This document shows positions 48,794 to 57,866 of a stretch of 64,000 bases of DNA, piece after piece (position 1 is the stretch's first letter; the number at the start of each line of letters is the position of its first letter). The stretch spans positions 18,466-82,465 of the forward strand of contig JACOXN010000006.1 of assembly GCA_016176295.1 (NCBI GenBank). The letters are read 5' to 3'. The translations under genes were made by a program, and so were the position numbers. The stretch comes from Candidatus Giovannonibacteria bacterium. GTDB taxonomy: Bacteria; Patescibacteriota; Minisyncoccia; UBA11713; 2-01-FULL-45-33. Below the pieces are notes generated by a model, which was given only the letters and a program-made list of their open reading frames with translations, did no database searches and was not told the origin of the DNA.

Positions 48794-50920
48794 ATGGAAA
48801 ACTTCAGGTTTTCTATCAGGCCAAACCTTAAGAAAATAATCGCAGTTTTTAATCTTACTCGCGCGGTTACTTTATTGGCCCTCGTCCTGATCATAGTAGC
48901 CATCAACGCCTTCTGGTATATTCCCAGCCGGAACGAACTCAACCACAGCACTCTCGCTTTATATACCACGATAGCTTCCGGAGCTCGTAACCAGACCACG
49001 GAATTCGTAAAAAAACATCAGGAAGCTCTACAGAACATCGGCTTCAATATATTGATAGAACCTCATAATCTAGACAAGCTTTTTGCCAGGTTTTTGAAAG
49101 AGAACCCTGCCATAGAATCCGTTTCCGTCCTAGGATTCTCAGGGCAGGAATTGGCCAGAGAGGACCGAAACCTGCTCGTGACACAAGAGGACCTTAAATA
49201 CCGGTTATCGGACACGGCTTACCAATATGCCCGCGCCGGGAGTCTGTACGTAGGCCCGGTATTTCTTTCGAAAATAGGGGAACCTCTTATAACCGTAGCG
49301 GCTCCTTTAAAGGTAGAAAGTGATCTTTTTTCAGAGGATATCCAGGTGATAACAGCCGACCTTAATGTGAGGTACATGATAGATGTCGTGCGCGACATAA
49401 AAGTCGGCGGCAAAGGCCTTGCTTACCTGGTGGACAGCTCCGGCTTTCTGATCGCCCACCCCGATGTCTCGCTGGTGCTCCGGAGGGTAAATTTATTGAA
49501 CAGGCACATTGTGTTGGACGTGCTTGCCGGGCAAGAATCCTCTACTTTCGACTCGGATAATTCTTATGAAAATTTTGCCGGTGAAAAAGTTTTTGCTTTG
49601 GGCTTGCCGATAAATATCGGCAGCGGGTGGGGTGCACTCGTGGAAGAGCCGGAGCGGGATGTTTTTGCCCCGCACAGGCGGACCTTGTTCGTCGCTTCCA
49701 TAACTTTAGGTATCGAACTCCTTATGGTTTTTATTTTATTCGTGGGGTATTTAAACCTCATTCAGACCGCGAACCTGCTTGCTTCCGAAAAAGATCAAAG
49801 GGAAGCCATATTGAACAGCCTTTCCGACGGTGTCATAGAATATGATTCCGGTTCCAAAATAATATTAATGAACCCTCGCGCGGAGGATCTTTTGGGTGTG
49901 AAGATGAGGGACATTATGGGTACGCCGATAACTCCGGAAATATTACACACCAGACCGGAGTTGCGGGGGGTTGTCGAAGTGATGTACCCTGCCTTGGCGA
50001 AATATACTTCCGGCGTAAAACCGGTGGTTGGCTCCACTGCGCGATCCATGGAGCTGCATATCTCCCAGCCGGAACTGAAACTCATCGTGACCATGAGCCA
50101 GGTTATGGATGAGAATGGCGAGAACCGCAGTTTTCTTAAAATATTGCGCGACATTTCGCGTGAACAGCTTTTCGCGCGTTTAAGATCTGAGTTCGTGTCT
50201 ATTGCGGCCCATCAGTTGAGAACACCGTTATCGGCTATCAAATGGACTCTGAAGCTGCTTTTAGATGGCGATGCCGGCCCGATAAGCAAAGAACAATCCG
50301 ATCTGCTATCCCGTGGATATGAGACGAATGAGCGCATGATAAAGCTTGTGAGCGACCTCTTGAACGCTGCGCGCATAGAGGAAGGGAGATTCGGCTATAA
50401 CATGAAAGAGATCGACCTGCTGCAGTTCATGGACGAGATAGTAAAAACCCACAGCCTGAATTCCCAAAGCAAGGGGGTGTCCCTCGAATTTGTAAAAGAC
50501 CTTTCCGATCTCACCAAAATATTTATCGACCCGGAAAAGTTATCTCTGGCGCTGAACAATCTATTGGATAACGCCATCAAGTATACCGCGGTCGGCGGCA
50601 AGGTAGTCATGAAAGTGGCCCAAAAGCCACAATTTCTGGAAATATCCGTTTCCGACAACGGTTTTGGCATACCGGAGGCGGAAAAAAAGAGGGTGTTTTC
50701 CAAGTTTTTCAGGGCTTCCAATGTGGTGCGCAGGGAAACCGAAGGCACCGGTTTAGGGCTTTTTATAGTCAGGAATATCATTAAGCGGCACGGGGGCGAT
50801 ATTTCTTTCGATTCGGTTGAGGGAAAAGGGACCACGTTTACCATCGCACTTCCTTTAAACAAAGAAGATGTTCCCAAGGAGGAATTTGTTCCTCTTGAGG
50901 AGTTTTTGGAAACAATTTAA
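48794..50920 (+). CDS. Sensor histidine kinase (TM-dCache-TM-PAS-HisKA-HATPase)
   Basis: AYLVDSSGFLIAHPD (Cache), AAHQLRTPL, NLLDNAIKY, DNGFGI, GTGLGL. Confidence 0.93.
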   Translation: MENFRFSIRPNLKKIIAVFNLTRAVTLLALVLIIVAINAFWYIPSRNELNHSTLALYTTIASGARNQTTEFVKKHQEALQNIGFNILIEPHNLDKLFARFLKENPAIESVSVLGFSGQELAREDRNLLVTQEDLKYRLSDTAYQYARAGSLYVGPVFLSKIGEPLITVAAPLKVESDLFSEDIQVITADLNVRYMIDVVRDIKVGGKGLAYLVDSSGFLIAHPDVSLVLRRVNLLNRHIVLDVLAGQESSTFDSDNSYENFAGEKVFALGLPINIGSGWGALVEEPERDVFAPHRRTLFVASITLGIELLMVFILFVGYLNLIQTANLLASEKDQREAILNSLSDGVIEYDSGSKIILMNPRAEDLLGVKMRDIMGTPITPEILHTRPELRGVVEVMYPALAKYTSGVKPVVGSTARSMELHISQPELKLIVTMSQVMDENGENRSFLKILRDISREQLFARLRSEFVSIAAHQLRTPLSAIKWTLKLLLDGDAGPISKEQSDLLSRGYETNERMIKLVSDLLNAARIEEGRFGYNMKEIDLLQFMDEIVKTHSLNSQSKGVSLEFVKDLSDLTKIFIDPEKLSLALNNLLDNAIKYTAVGGKVVMKVAQKPQFLEISVSDNGFGIPEAEKKRVFSKFFRASNVVRRETEGTGLGLFIVRNIIKRHGGDISFDSVEGKGTTFTIALPLNKEDVPKEEFVPLEEFLETI

Positions 50921-50939
50921 ATATGGTATAATTACGCCA

Positions 50940-51833
50940 ATGGCTAAAACAAAGATCTTAATCATCGAAGACGAACCAGTACATCTGAATGTTATGAAGT
51001 CAAAACTGGAAAAGGCCGGCTTCGACGTGATATTTGCGACGGACGGCGAGTTGGGTCTTAATATGGTTATGTCGGAAAAGCCGGCGCTCGTGCTATTGGA
51101 TGTCATTCTCCCCAAAATGAACGGATTTGGGGTTTTGGAAAATTTAAAGAAAAACCACGTTGCCACTCCGGTAATTATAGTTTCTAATTCCGGGCAGCCG
51201 GTCGAAGTTGATAAAGCGCTCAAGCTCGGAGCTAAAGATTTTCTCGTAAAAGCGGAATTTAACCCGTCCGACGTTCTTGAGAAAGTGATAAAGATCGTCG
51301 GAAAGCCCGGAGACATGGCCTTTCCTTCAAAGAGTGCTTCGGAATCGAAAATTGAAATTATAAATAAAACATCCAATCCAATGGAAAATCAGGCAGCAAT
51401 GTCCAATACCTCAGCTGTGGCAGGAACAGGAAATTCCGACGTCGCTACCGGCGGGAAAAACCGTATTTTGGTCGTAGAGGACGATAAATTCCTACGCGAC
51501 CTTATAATCCAGAAGTTAAAGCGGGAAGGATTTATAACATATGAAGGTTTCGACGGGGAAGAGGGGCTTAAGGTGGCAAAAAAAGAGTTACCCGATATTA
51601 TGTTGCTTGATCTCATTCTGCCCGGCCTCGACGGATTCGAGGTGCTGCGCCTTCTTAAAGCCGATGAGCCAACTTCAAATATTCCCATTATAGTACTTTC
51701 GAATTTGGGTCAGAAAGAAGATATCGACCGGGCAATGTCGGGAGGGGCGGAAGATTTTATGATAAAAGCTCATTTTACACCCACTGAAATAGTTGCGAAA
51801 ATAAAATCCATTCTGAAAAAGAAATATTTTTAA
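50940..51833 (+). CDS. Response regulator with two receiver domains and no output domain
   Basis: ILIIEDE...LLDVILP and ILVVEDD...LLDLILP joined by a linker. Confidence 0.9.
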   Translation: MAKTKILIIEDEPVHLNVMKSKLEKAGFDVIFATDGELGLNMVMSEKPALVLLDVILPKMNGFGVLENLKKNHVATPVIIVSNSGQPVEVDKALKLGAKDFLVKAEFNPSDVLEKVIKIVGKPGDMAFPSKSASESKIEIINKTSNPMENQAAMSNTSAVAGTGNSDVATGGKNRILVVEDDKFLRDLIIQKLKREGFITYEGFDGEEGLKVAKKELPDIMLLDLILPGLDGFEVLRLLKADEPTSNIPIIVLSNLGQKEDIDRAMSGGAEDFMIKAHFTPTEIVAKIKSILKKKYF

Positions 51834-51850
51834 TATTAAGATTAGTAAAT

Positions 51851-52762
51851 TTGATATTACTGCTTTTCGGAAAGAATCGGCATAAAGCTGAAAAAAAAGT
51901 GTTCGAACTTAGACAGGCTTTCCTTGAAAAGCACGGGGGCGCGGCTGTTCGGGAAGTCAGCGGCGAAGAAGAAAATTATTTTGAAAATGCCTCCGTCGCT
52001 CTCGGCCAAGCCGATCTTTTTTTGGAGAAAAGGCTCGTAATTTTTAAAAAAATACTCGCGGGGCGGCCGGATTTTTTTTCTTATGTAAAAGAGCGCGTAG
52101 GGGCCCTTAAGGCCTCCCCGGATGTATTCGTATTCATCGAGCCGGACTTGGCCAAAGATTCCGACATTTTTTCTTTCTTAAAAGAACATTGTGAAAAAAC
52201 CCAGGAAAATCTTCCTTATACGCGCAAAGAATTAGCCGGCCTTTTGCAGGAAGAAATGTCGGAACGCGGCCTGGCTCTTTCTTCCCAAGCGGAGGAGCTT
52301 TTGATGGACATTTCGGAGCGCGAGGGTTCGGCGCCGAAGGAGCTTTTGGACAGGCTTTCTTTGGGCGATAAGGAAGTTTTAAATAAAATAACGAATAGAA
52401 GAACAGCCGATGAAAATGAAGCTTTTTATTTCGCAGATTCCGTTTTTGCGAGCGGTTTTTCGGGGTCTTTACTGCGTTTTAAAAAAGCGTCGGCTTCCGG
52501 AATAAACCCGGCCCGGTTGCCGTTCACAATTTTATGGAAATTAAAAAATATTTTTTTAGCGCTTAAAAAAGAAAGTTCCTCGCTCAAACCTTTCCTTGTG
52601 CGCAAAGCTGAGAACGAGTCGCGCCTTTTCGGCGAAAAAGCGCTTCTTCGGTCCTATTGGCAGGGTATTGAGACAGAATCTCTAATAAAAAGAGATCCTA
52701 AAAACTCCGACCATTTTATGGAAAAATGGCTGGTCCAATTGAGGAACGGTTCTACTCAGTAA
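51851..52762 (+). CDS. holA: DNA polymerase III delta subunit-like
   Basis: MILLLFG, DLFLEKRLVIFK; convergent with rpsT (typical holA-rpsT arrangement). Confidence 0.7.
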   Translation: MILLLFGKNRHKAEKKVFELRQAFLEKHGGAAVREVSGEEENYFENASVALGQADLFLEKRLVIFKKILAGRPDFFSYVKERVGALKASPDVFVFIEPDLAKDSDIFSFLKEHCEKTQENLPYTRKELAGLLQEEMSERGLALSSQAEELLMDISEREGSAPKELLDRLSLGDKEVLNKITNRRTADENEAFYFADSVFASGFSGSLLRFKKASASGINPARLPFTILWKLKNIFLALKKESSSLKPFLVRKAENESRLFGEKALLRSYWQGIETESLIKRDPKNSDHFMEKWLVQLRNGSTQ

Positions 52763-52763
52763 T

Positions 52764-53027
52764 TCAGGCCGTTTTGCCGACGAGCCGGCTCAGGCGGGAT
52801 TTTACCCTGGCGGCTTTGTTCTTTTTTATCATTCTGCGTTTGGCGGATTTGTCCACAATTTTATAAGCGGCCCGAAGTGCCTTGCTAAATTCGTCGTTTT
52901 TTTTGGCCGCGGCGAACTTTTCCACCGATTTTACGGCTTTATGCATCTCTATTTTCCAAACCTGGTTGGTTTTTCTGCGTTTTATTGACTGTCTTAATGC
53001 TTTTTTGGCTGATTTGATTATCGGCAT
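52764..53027 (-). CDS. rpsT: 30S ribosomal protein S20
   Basis: MPIIKSAKKALRQ...IKKNKAARVKSRL. Confidence 0.96.
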   Translation of the reverse strand: MPIIKSAKKALRQSIKRRKTNQVWKIEMHKAVKSVEKFAAAKKNDEFSKALRAAYKIVDKSAKRRMIKKNKAARVKSRLSRLVGKTA

Positions 53028-53130
53028 AGTATTTAGAAGTATAAATTAAAAGTTTCATAATGTAAAGATGTTGACATGCTTGCCGGTATTTTCCTAAGAT
53101 GACTTCAGAACGTTTTAAATCGGGGGAGAG

Positions 53131-53943
53131 ATGAGAAAAAAATCCAAGCCGAAAAATGGCGGCAAATCCGAGTCTACGGGTTATTTCAGGCACGAAACTC
53201 TATCCTGCTGGAAAGCGGCAACGCTTGCCGCGTTGTTCGTTAAAGAAGTGCATACGCAATTCGGCGACATGAGAAACCAGCTCGAAAGGTCCGTTTTGTC
53301 GATAACCAATAACATTGCGGAAGCCTGCGCCCGTCATCAGCACGGCGGGAAAAATATTGAGAATCTTTTTTCCCATGGAAACGGTTCCCTGGGCGAGACC
53401 GCGAATATGCTGTTTTTTTCTTTCCGTCTTCACGCAAAAGCCGCGGCTTCAAGAGACGACCGGGTCTTCAATGACTTCGTGAGGGAGATACTTCTCAAGG
53501 CTTTTCATGAGCTGGATTGCATTATCTCCAATCCCAGCCTTATGGATAGCCCGATGTCCATCGGTATTTTCAAAGCCGATGAAATCGTGCTCTTAGATCA
53601 CATTTTACGGGAAATAAATTCAGGAAAGAACGTGCGGCAGGTCATGGGCGATATTTTCGTAGATGAAAAGCAGACCAAGTCGGAGAACAACGGCTCGGCG
53701 CCAAAGGATATCTGTCTGGAATGCGGCAGAAAAACCGAGCTGCAGGATGGAAATTTACACAATGTCCTCATGGTGACCGAACTCTCAAAGTCGAAGATAA
53801 ATTGTCCGATCTTTGTCTGCATCAGATGTTCCAAAAGAAAGGGCGTGCCTATAGAAATGATTCAAGGTTCCATCGTTTTTCGGCCAAAGCCGGACGGTGA
53901 ATCACAGGCTGATTTGCAGACCGGAGGCACCCTGATCAATTAG
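53131..53943 (+). CDS. Four-helix-bundle (23S rRNA IVP-like) protein with C-terminal Zn-ribbon-like motif
   Basis: QLERSVLSITNNIAE...GSLGET; CLEC and CIRC. Confidence 0.7.
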   Translation: MRKKSKPKNGGKSESTGYFRHETLSCWKAATLAALFVKEVHTQFGDMRNQLERSVLSITNNIAEACARHQHGGKNIENLFSHGNGSLGETANMLFFSFRLHAKAAASRDDRVFNDFVREILLKAFHELDCIISNPSLMDSPMSIGIFKADEIVLLDHILREINSGKNVRQVMGDIFVDEKQTKSENNGSAPKDICLECGRKTELQDGNLHNVLMVTELSKSKINCPIFVCIRCSKRKGVPIEMIQGSIVFRPKPDGESQADLQTGGTLIN

Positions 53944-53964
53944 CATAATCGCGGATCATCGCGG

Positions 53965-55923
53965 TTATTTTTTATGCAATGTTTTTATCATGTCTCTCAA
54001 TTCCGCCGCTCGTTCGAAGTTCAGCGCTTTTGCTTCTTCCAGCATTTCTTTTTCCAATTCTTTTTTTAATATTTCCGTAGAGCCGGATTTGGACATTTTA
54101 GGGAGTTTCATTTTGGCCGTGGCTTTATACACACCGAAAATATTTTCGGGTGCTCTTTGAGACAACGCCATGGGCACCGTGTGGTTCGATTTGTTGTAAT
54201 TATCTTGTATCTCCCGCCTGCGATCGGTTTCTTCCATCGCTTTTTTCATGGACTCGGTAATTTTATCCGCATACATAAGAACTTTGCCGTTGGTGTGCCT
54301 GGCTGCTCTTCCCATTGTTTGGATAAGTGTTTGGGCATTTCTTAAAAAACCTTCTTTATCTGCGTCCAGGATTATCACCAAAGAGACCTCCGGCAGGTCG
54401 AGCCCCTCTCTTAATAAATTTATGCCCACCACAACATCGTATTTACCCAGCCTCAGGTCGGTCAGTATTTCCGGCCGTTCCATGGTTTTTATATCCGAAT
54501 GAATGTATGCGGCTTTTATGTTCTCTTCTTTCAGAAAATCTGCGAGGTCCTCGGCCGTCCTTTTCGTAAGCGTGGTCACCAGCACGCGTTCGCCCGCAAG
54601 CACCCGCTTATTTATTTCACCTATGACATCCTCCATTATTTTTTCTTTCAATATTTTCGTGTCTTTTACTTCGACTTTGGGGTCTAAGAGGCCAGTGGGC
54701 CGGATTATTTGTTCCGCCACGTTTTCTTTGCCGCTTAATTTAAATTCATATTCCGCCGGGGTCGCCGAGACGTAGACCGTTTGGCCCACCCTTTCCAGAA
54801 ATTCCTCGAATTTTAACGGCCGGTTATCGGCGGCGGAGGGGAGGCGGAACCCGTAATCAATGAGTGTCTGTTTCCGCGCGCGGTCGCCGTTGTACATTCC
54901 GCGTATCTGCGGTACGGACATATGGGATTCGTCTATGAACGTTACGAAATTTTTCGGGAGATAATCCAAAAGGGTGGATGGCGGTTCGCCGGCTTTCCTG
55001 AAAGAAAGCTGCCGGGAATAATTTTCTATGCCATGGGTATATCCGGTTTCTTTGAGCATTTTAAGGTCGAATCTGGTTCGTTGACGGAGCCTTTCCGCTT
55101 CCAGCGGTTTTTCCTGTGTTTTGAATTCCGACAGTCTTTCTTTGAGTTCAAGCTCGATATTGGCAATGGCCATTGCCAGTTTTTCCTGCGGGGTAACAAA
55201 ATGCTTGGCCGGGAAAATGCGCGCAAAACCGGATTTTCCGTTCATTTCCGGAGAGCTGATCCTTTCGATCACGTTCCCGTCCCATTCAATTATGGTCGAG
55301 CCTTCCGCTGAGGGATTCAAAATTTCCACGGCTTCGCCGCGCACCCTGAAAGTGCCGGGAAATTTTTCATAGTCGTTACGAGCGTATTGAAGGGCGACCA
55401 GGTTTTGCAGGAAATTTTTACGCGGCAAATTCTGCCCTTCTTTCAATTCTATCGCGGCTTTGCGGTATTCTTCCGGGTCTCCGATACCGTAAATGCAGGA
55501 AACAGAGGCGATGATCACGAGATCGTTCCTGGAAAGGGCTGACGCAGTAGTCGCGTGGCGCATCGCGTCTATAAAATCATTTATTTTCGCGTCTTTTTCT
55601 ATGTAAGTGTCGCTTTGCGGAATGTAAGCTTCCGGCTGGTAATAATCATAGTAAGAAACGAAATAATGAACGGCGTTTTTCGGGAAAAAATTTCTGAACT
55701 CCTGGTAAAGCTGCGCGGCGAGGGTCTTGTTGTGGGAGATGACAAGCGTCGGCCGGCCGATGTTGGCGATGACGTTCGCCATTGTAAAAGTTTTTCCGGA
55801 GCCTGTGACTCCGAGAAGCGTTTGGTGCGGCGTTCCCGTCTTTAACCCCTCTGTTAATTTCCGGATTGCTTCGGGCTGGTCTCCCGCGGGTTTATATGGC
55901 TCGTTTAAACTTAATAAAGGCAT
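53965..55923 (-). CDS. uvrB: Excinuclease ABC subunit B
   Basis: GVTGSGKT, HNKTLAAQLY, YYDYYQPEAY, DESH, INLLREGLD. Confidence 0.98.
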   Translation of the reverse strand: MPLLSLNEPYKPAGDQPEAIRKLTEGLKTGTPHQTLLGVTGSGKTFTMANVIANIGRPTLVISHNKTLAAQLYQEFRNFFPKNAVHYFVSYYDYYQPEAYIPQSDTYIEKDAKINDFIDAMRHATTASALSRNDLVIIASVSCIYGIGDPEEYRKAAIELKEGQNLPRKNFLQNLVALQYARNDYEKFPGTFRVRGEAVEILNPSAEGSTIIEWDGNVIERISSPEMNGKSGFARIFPAKHFVTPQEKLAMAIANIELELKERLSEFKTQEKPLEAERLRQRTRFDLKMLKETGYTHGIENYSRQLSFRKAGEPPSTLLDYLPKNFVTFIDESHMSVPQIRGMYNGDRARKQTLIDYGFRLPSAADNRPLKFEEFLERVGQTVYVSATPAEYEFKLSGKENVAEQIIRPTGLLDPKVEVKDTKILKEKIMEDVIGEINKRVLAGERVLVTTLTKRTAEDLADFLKEENIKAAYIHSDIKTMERPEILTDLRLGKYDVVVGINLLREGLDLPEVSLVIILDADKEGFLRNAQTLIQTMGRAARHTNGKVLMYADKITESMKKAMEETDRRREIQDNYNKSNHTVPMALSQRAPENIFGVYKATAKMKLPKMSKSGSTEILKKELEKEMLEEAKALNFERAAELRDMIKTLHKK

Positions 55924-55945
55924 TAAAGTATTTTACCCCAAGCTC

Positions 55946-55973
55946 TTGACTTCGGCAATAGAAGTAGTACAAT
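55946..55973 (+). promoter_or_regulatory. Putative sigma70 promoter of the DGR target gene
   Basis: TTGACT-N16-TACAAT. Confidence 0.45.
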
Positions 55974-56078
55974 TATACCACCTAGAAATATGGGGTTCCC
56001 TCATATTTTTGGGCTAATGGCTCTTTGGTAATTAACAGGACGAGTTCCGGAAGGAACGTGTCCAGAAGGATAAGGACG

Positions 56079-56729
56079 ATGTCTAGTCTCTACTCAGTAG
56101 GTCAGATGAATCAGCTTGGCGATTCGTTGGAAGCAGAAGGATTTGCAACCAGCGACGTTACGCAACTCACTCAATATAGCAACATTGCTGGAATAAAAGC
56201 TGTACTCAACGGTTCAGCTAAGATTGTTCCGATCAGCGAAGACACCAGCCGATTTATTACCCTCAACGAGACCACAATCGCGGTAAACCTCGCCGCAGCG
56301 CCAAAACTTCCGTTCAATGGAGCGGAAGTTGAACAGAATGTCGGCGAGGGTTGGGCGATTCTTGAGAAGCGAACCGAAGGTTTGTATGTCAACGGCGAAA
56401 AAATGGTTCTCTATCTGTCCAAGCGTCAGAAGAACGGAAAACAGTTAAAAGGTTTTGAGCTTCGTGAAGAGCTGACCGGAAAACCTGTCCTCAACGCAAG
56501 TGTTCTTGATGCTCTTTTGGCCAATACCCACCTCATACCGGAAGATTGGAAGAGAGATGAAAATGGCAATGCCATATACATTTTCTTTTGGGCATCGATT
56601 TTTCGCGGTTTGGGTGGCTGCTTCTGCGTCCGTTGCCTCTGCTTCTGCGGCGTTCGGTGGTATTCGCACTACGATTGGCTCAACTACGGTTGGTATGGCG
56701 ACGTTCCGGCCGCTCTCCGCGCAAGTTAG
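56079..56729 (+). CDS. DGR target protein with C-terminal variable region
   Basis: AAGGA RBS before ATG 56079; the last ~41 codons match the TR. Confidence 0.9.
   Translation: MSSLYSVGQMNQLGDSLEAEGFATSDVTQLTQYSNIAGIKAVLNGSAKIVPISEDTSRFITLNETTIAVNLAAAPKLPFNGAEVEQNVGEGWAILEKRTEGLYVNGEKMVLYLSKRQKNGKQLKGFELREELTGKPVLNASVLDALLANTHLIPEDWKRDENGNAIYIFFWASIFRGLGGCFCVRCLCFCGVRWYSHYDWLNYGWYGDVPAALRAS
56603..56724 (+). repeat. DGR variable repeat (VR)
   Basis: 122-nt ungapped match to 57055-57176 with 22 mismatches, all opposite TR adenines. Confidence 0.97.
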
Positions 56730-56779
56730 CGCTTGGGACTTTGAACATTGGATCTATTAAATCCTTTGCGCTTTGTCCT

Positions 56780-56813
56780 CGGCCACACGCCATCTGGTGT
56801 GTGGCCGTTTTTT
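56780..56813 (+). terminator. GC-rich hairpin plus T-tract downstream of the VR (terminator and/or DGR targeting hairpin)
   Basis: cggccacacgcca-tc-tggtgtgtggccg-tttttt. Confidence 0.7.
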
Positions 56814-57054
56814 GTGATAAAATTATAAGGGTAATAGGTGAATACGAGGAAGACCAAGGTTTTCTTCTACCGAATCCAGTATCCATACATCGGGAATATA
56901 CGCGATTACGGTTTCGGATAGGGTGGTGTATGCAGAAACTTCATAAAAAATGAAAATACTTGGTATAGAGCATTAGGGCATTTAATATGCCGAATAAGAT
57001 ACAATCCTGAGAGTATTCAAAGGATGGTGGTACTGAAGATGCCCCATACATAAA

Positions 57055-57176
57055 TCGCGATTTGAGTGACAACTTCTACGTCCGTTGCCTCTACTTCAAC
57101 AACGATCGGTGGTATTCGAACTACAATTGGCTCAACAACGATTGGAATGACAACAATCCGGACGCTCTCCGCGCAA
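57055..57176 (+). ncRNA. DGR template repeat (TR)
   Basis: AAC/AAT-rich copy of the VR; shares the 3' gctctccgcgcaa and then diverges. Confidence 0.95.
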
Positions 57177-57182
57177 CTCTTT

Positions 57183-57467
57183 TCATTTCTCTCCCCCCTT
57201 GGGAGAGTTTTGCTTGTCTCGAGCAGTGTCGAGAGATTTTGAAAGCTGTCCTCGCCATCCTCCCAGCATTTTGCCTATTTCTTCCATTTTTACAGATAGG
57301 GCAATATATTTTTTGTTATCAATTGATTTCGTTTCCCATAAAACCATTAGCAATATTTTCAAAGTATCCGTCTTACGGATCGCAACTTTTACGTATGGCA
57401 ACTTTTCTTCTTTGGAAAGAAAACTAGCTATGGCTATAAATTCAATTATTTCAATAAAAAGATTGTC
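57183..57467 (-). pseudogene. avd: DGR accessory protein Avd, 5'-truncated
   Basis: DNLFIEIIEFIAIASFLSKEEKLPYVKVAIRKTDTLKILL...EEIGKMLGGW; N-terminus absent. Confidence 0.8.
57213..57236. repeat. Palindromic element family C in frame in avd (SLDTARDK)
   Basis: cttgtctcgagcagtgtcgagaga with ctcga/tcgag hairpin. Confidence 0.55.
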
Positions 57468-57866
57468 GGAAATTTAATCTCCCAACTTTTCGTGAATATT
57501 TATATGAATGAGTTCGATTAATTTATGAAGCATAAACTCAAAGCAAAGTACTATATCCGATACGCAGACGATTTTGTTGTTTTGTCGGATGACAGGATTG
57601 CGCTTTTAAACCTAATCCGCCCGATTAAGAAATTATTACAAGAAAGACTAAAATTGGAACTTCATCCTAAAAAATTGTCGATAAATACAATTGCTTCAGG
57701 AATTGATTTTCTGGGCTGGGTTAATTTTACGGATCATAGGATATTGAGAACCAAAACCAAGCAGAGGATGTTTAAGAAGCTTAGTGAGAAAAATCTCTCG
57801 TCTTATTTAGGTATGCTAAAACATGGCAATGGACATAAAATCAGCCGTGTTATAATGAAAGCATGA
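57468..57866 (+). pseudogene. DGR reverse transcriptase, 5'-truncated with in-frame stop
   Basis: GNLISQLFVNIYMNEFD*FMKHKLKAKYYIRYADDF...LELHPKK...GIDFLGW; TAA at 57519-57521. Confidence 0.9.

Noticed and set aside
57062..57427. 121-aa ORF beginning in the TR
   Set aside because: It is the TR read in the VR frame running into antisense avd; TRs act as RNA templates and the remainder is not protein-like.
57468..57866. Group II intron or retron RT
   Set aside because: The adjacent TR/VR pair with adenine-specific mismatches and the Avd remnant identify it as DGR-type; no intron domain V was seen.
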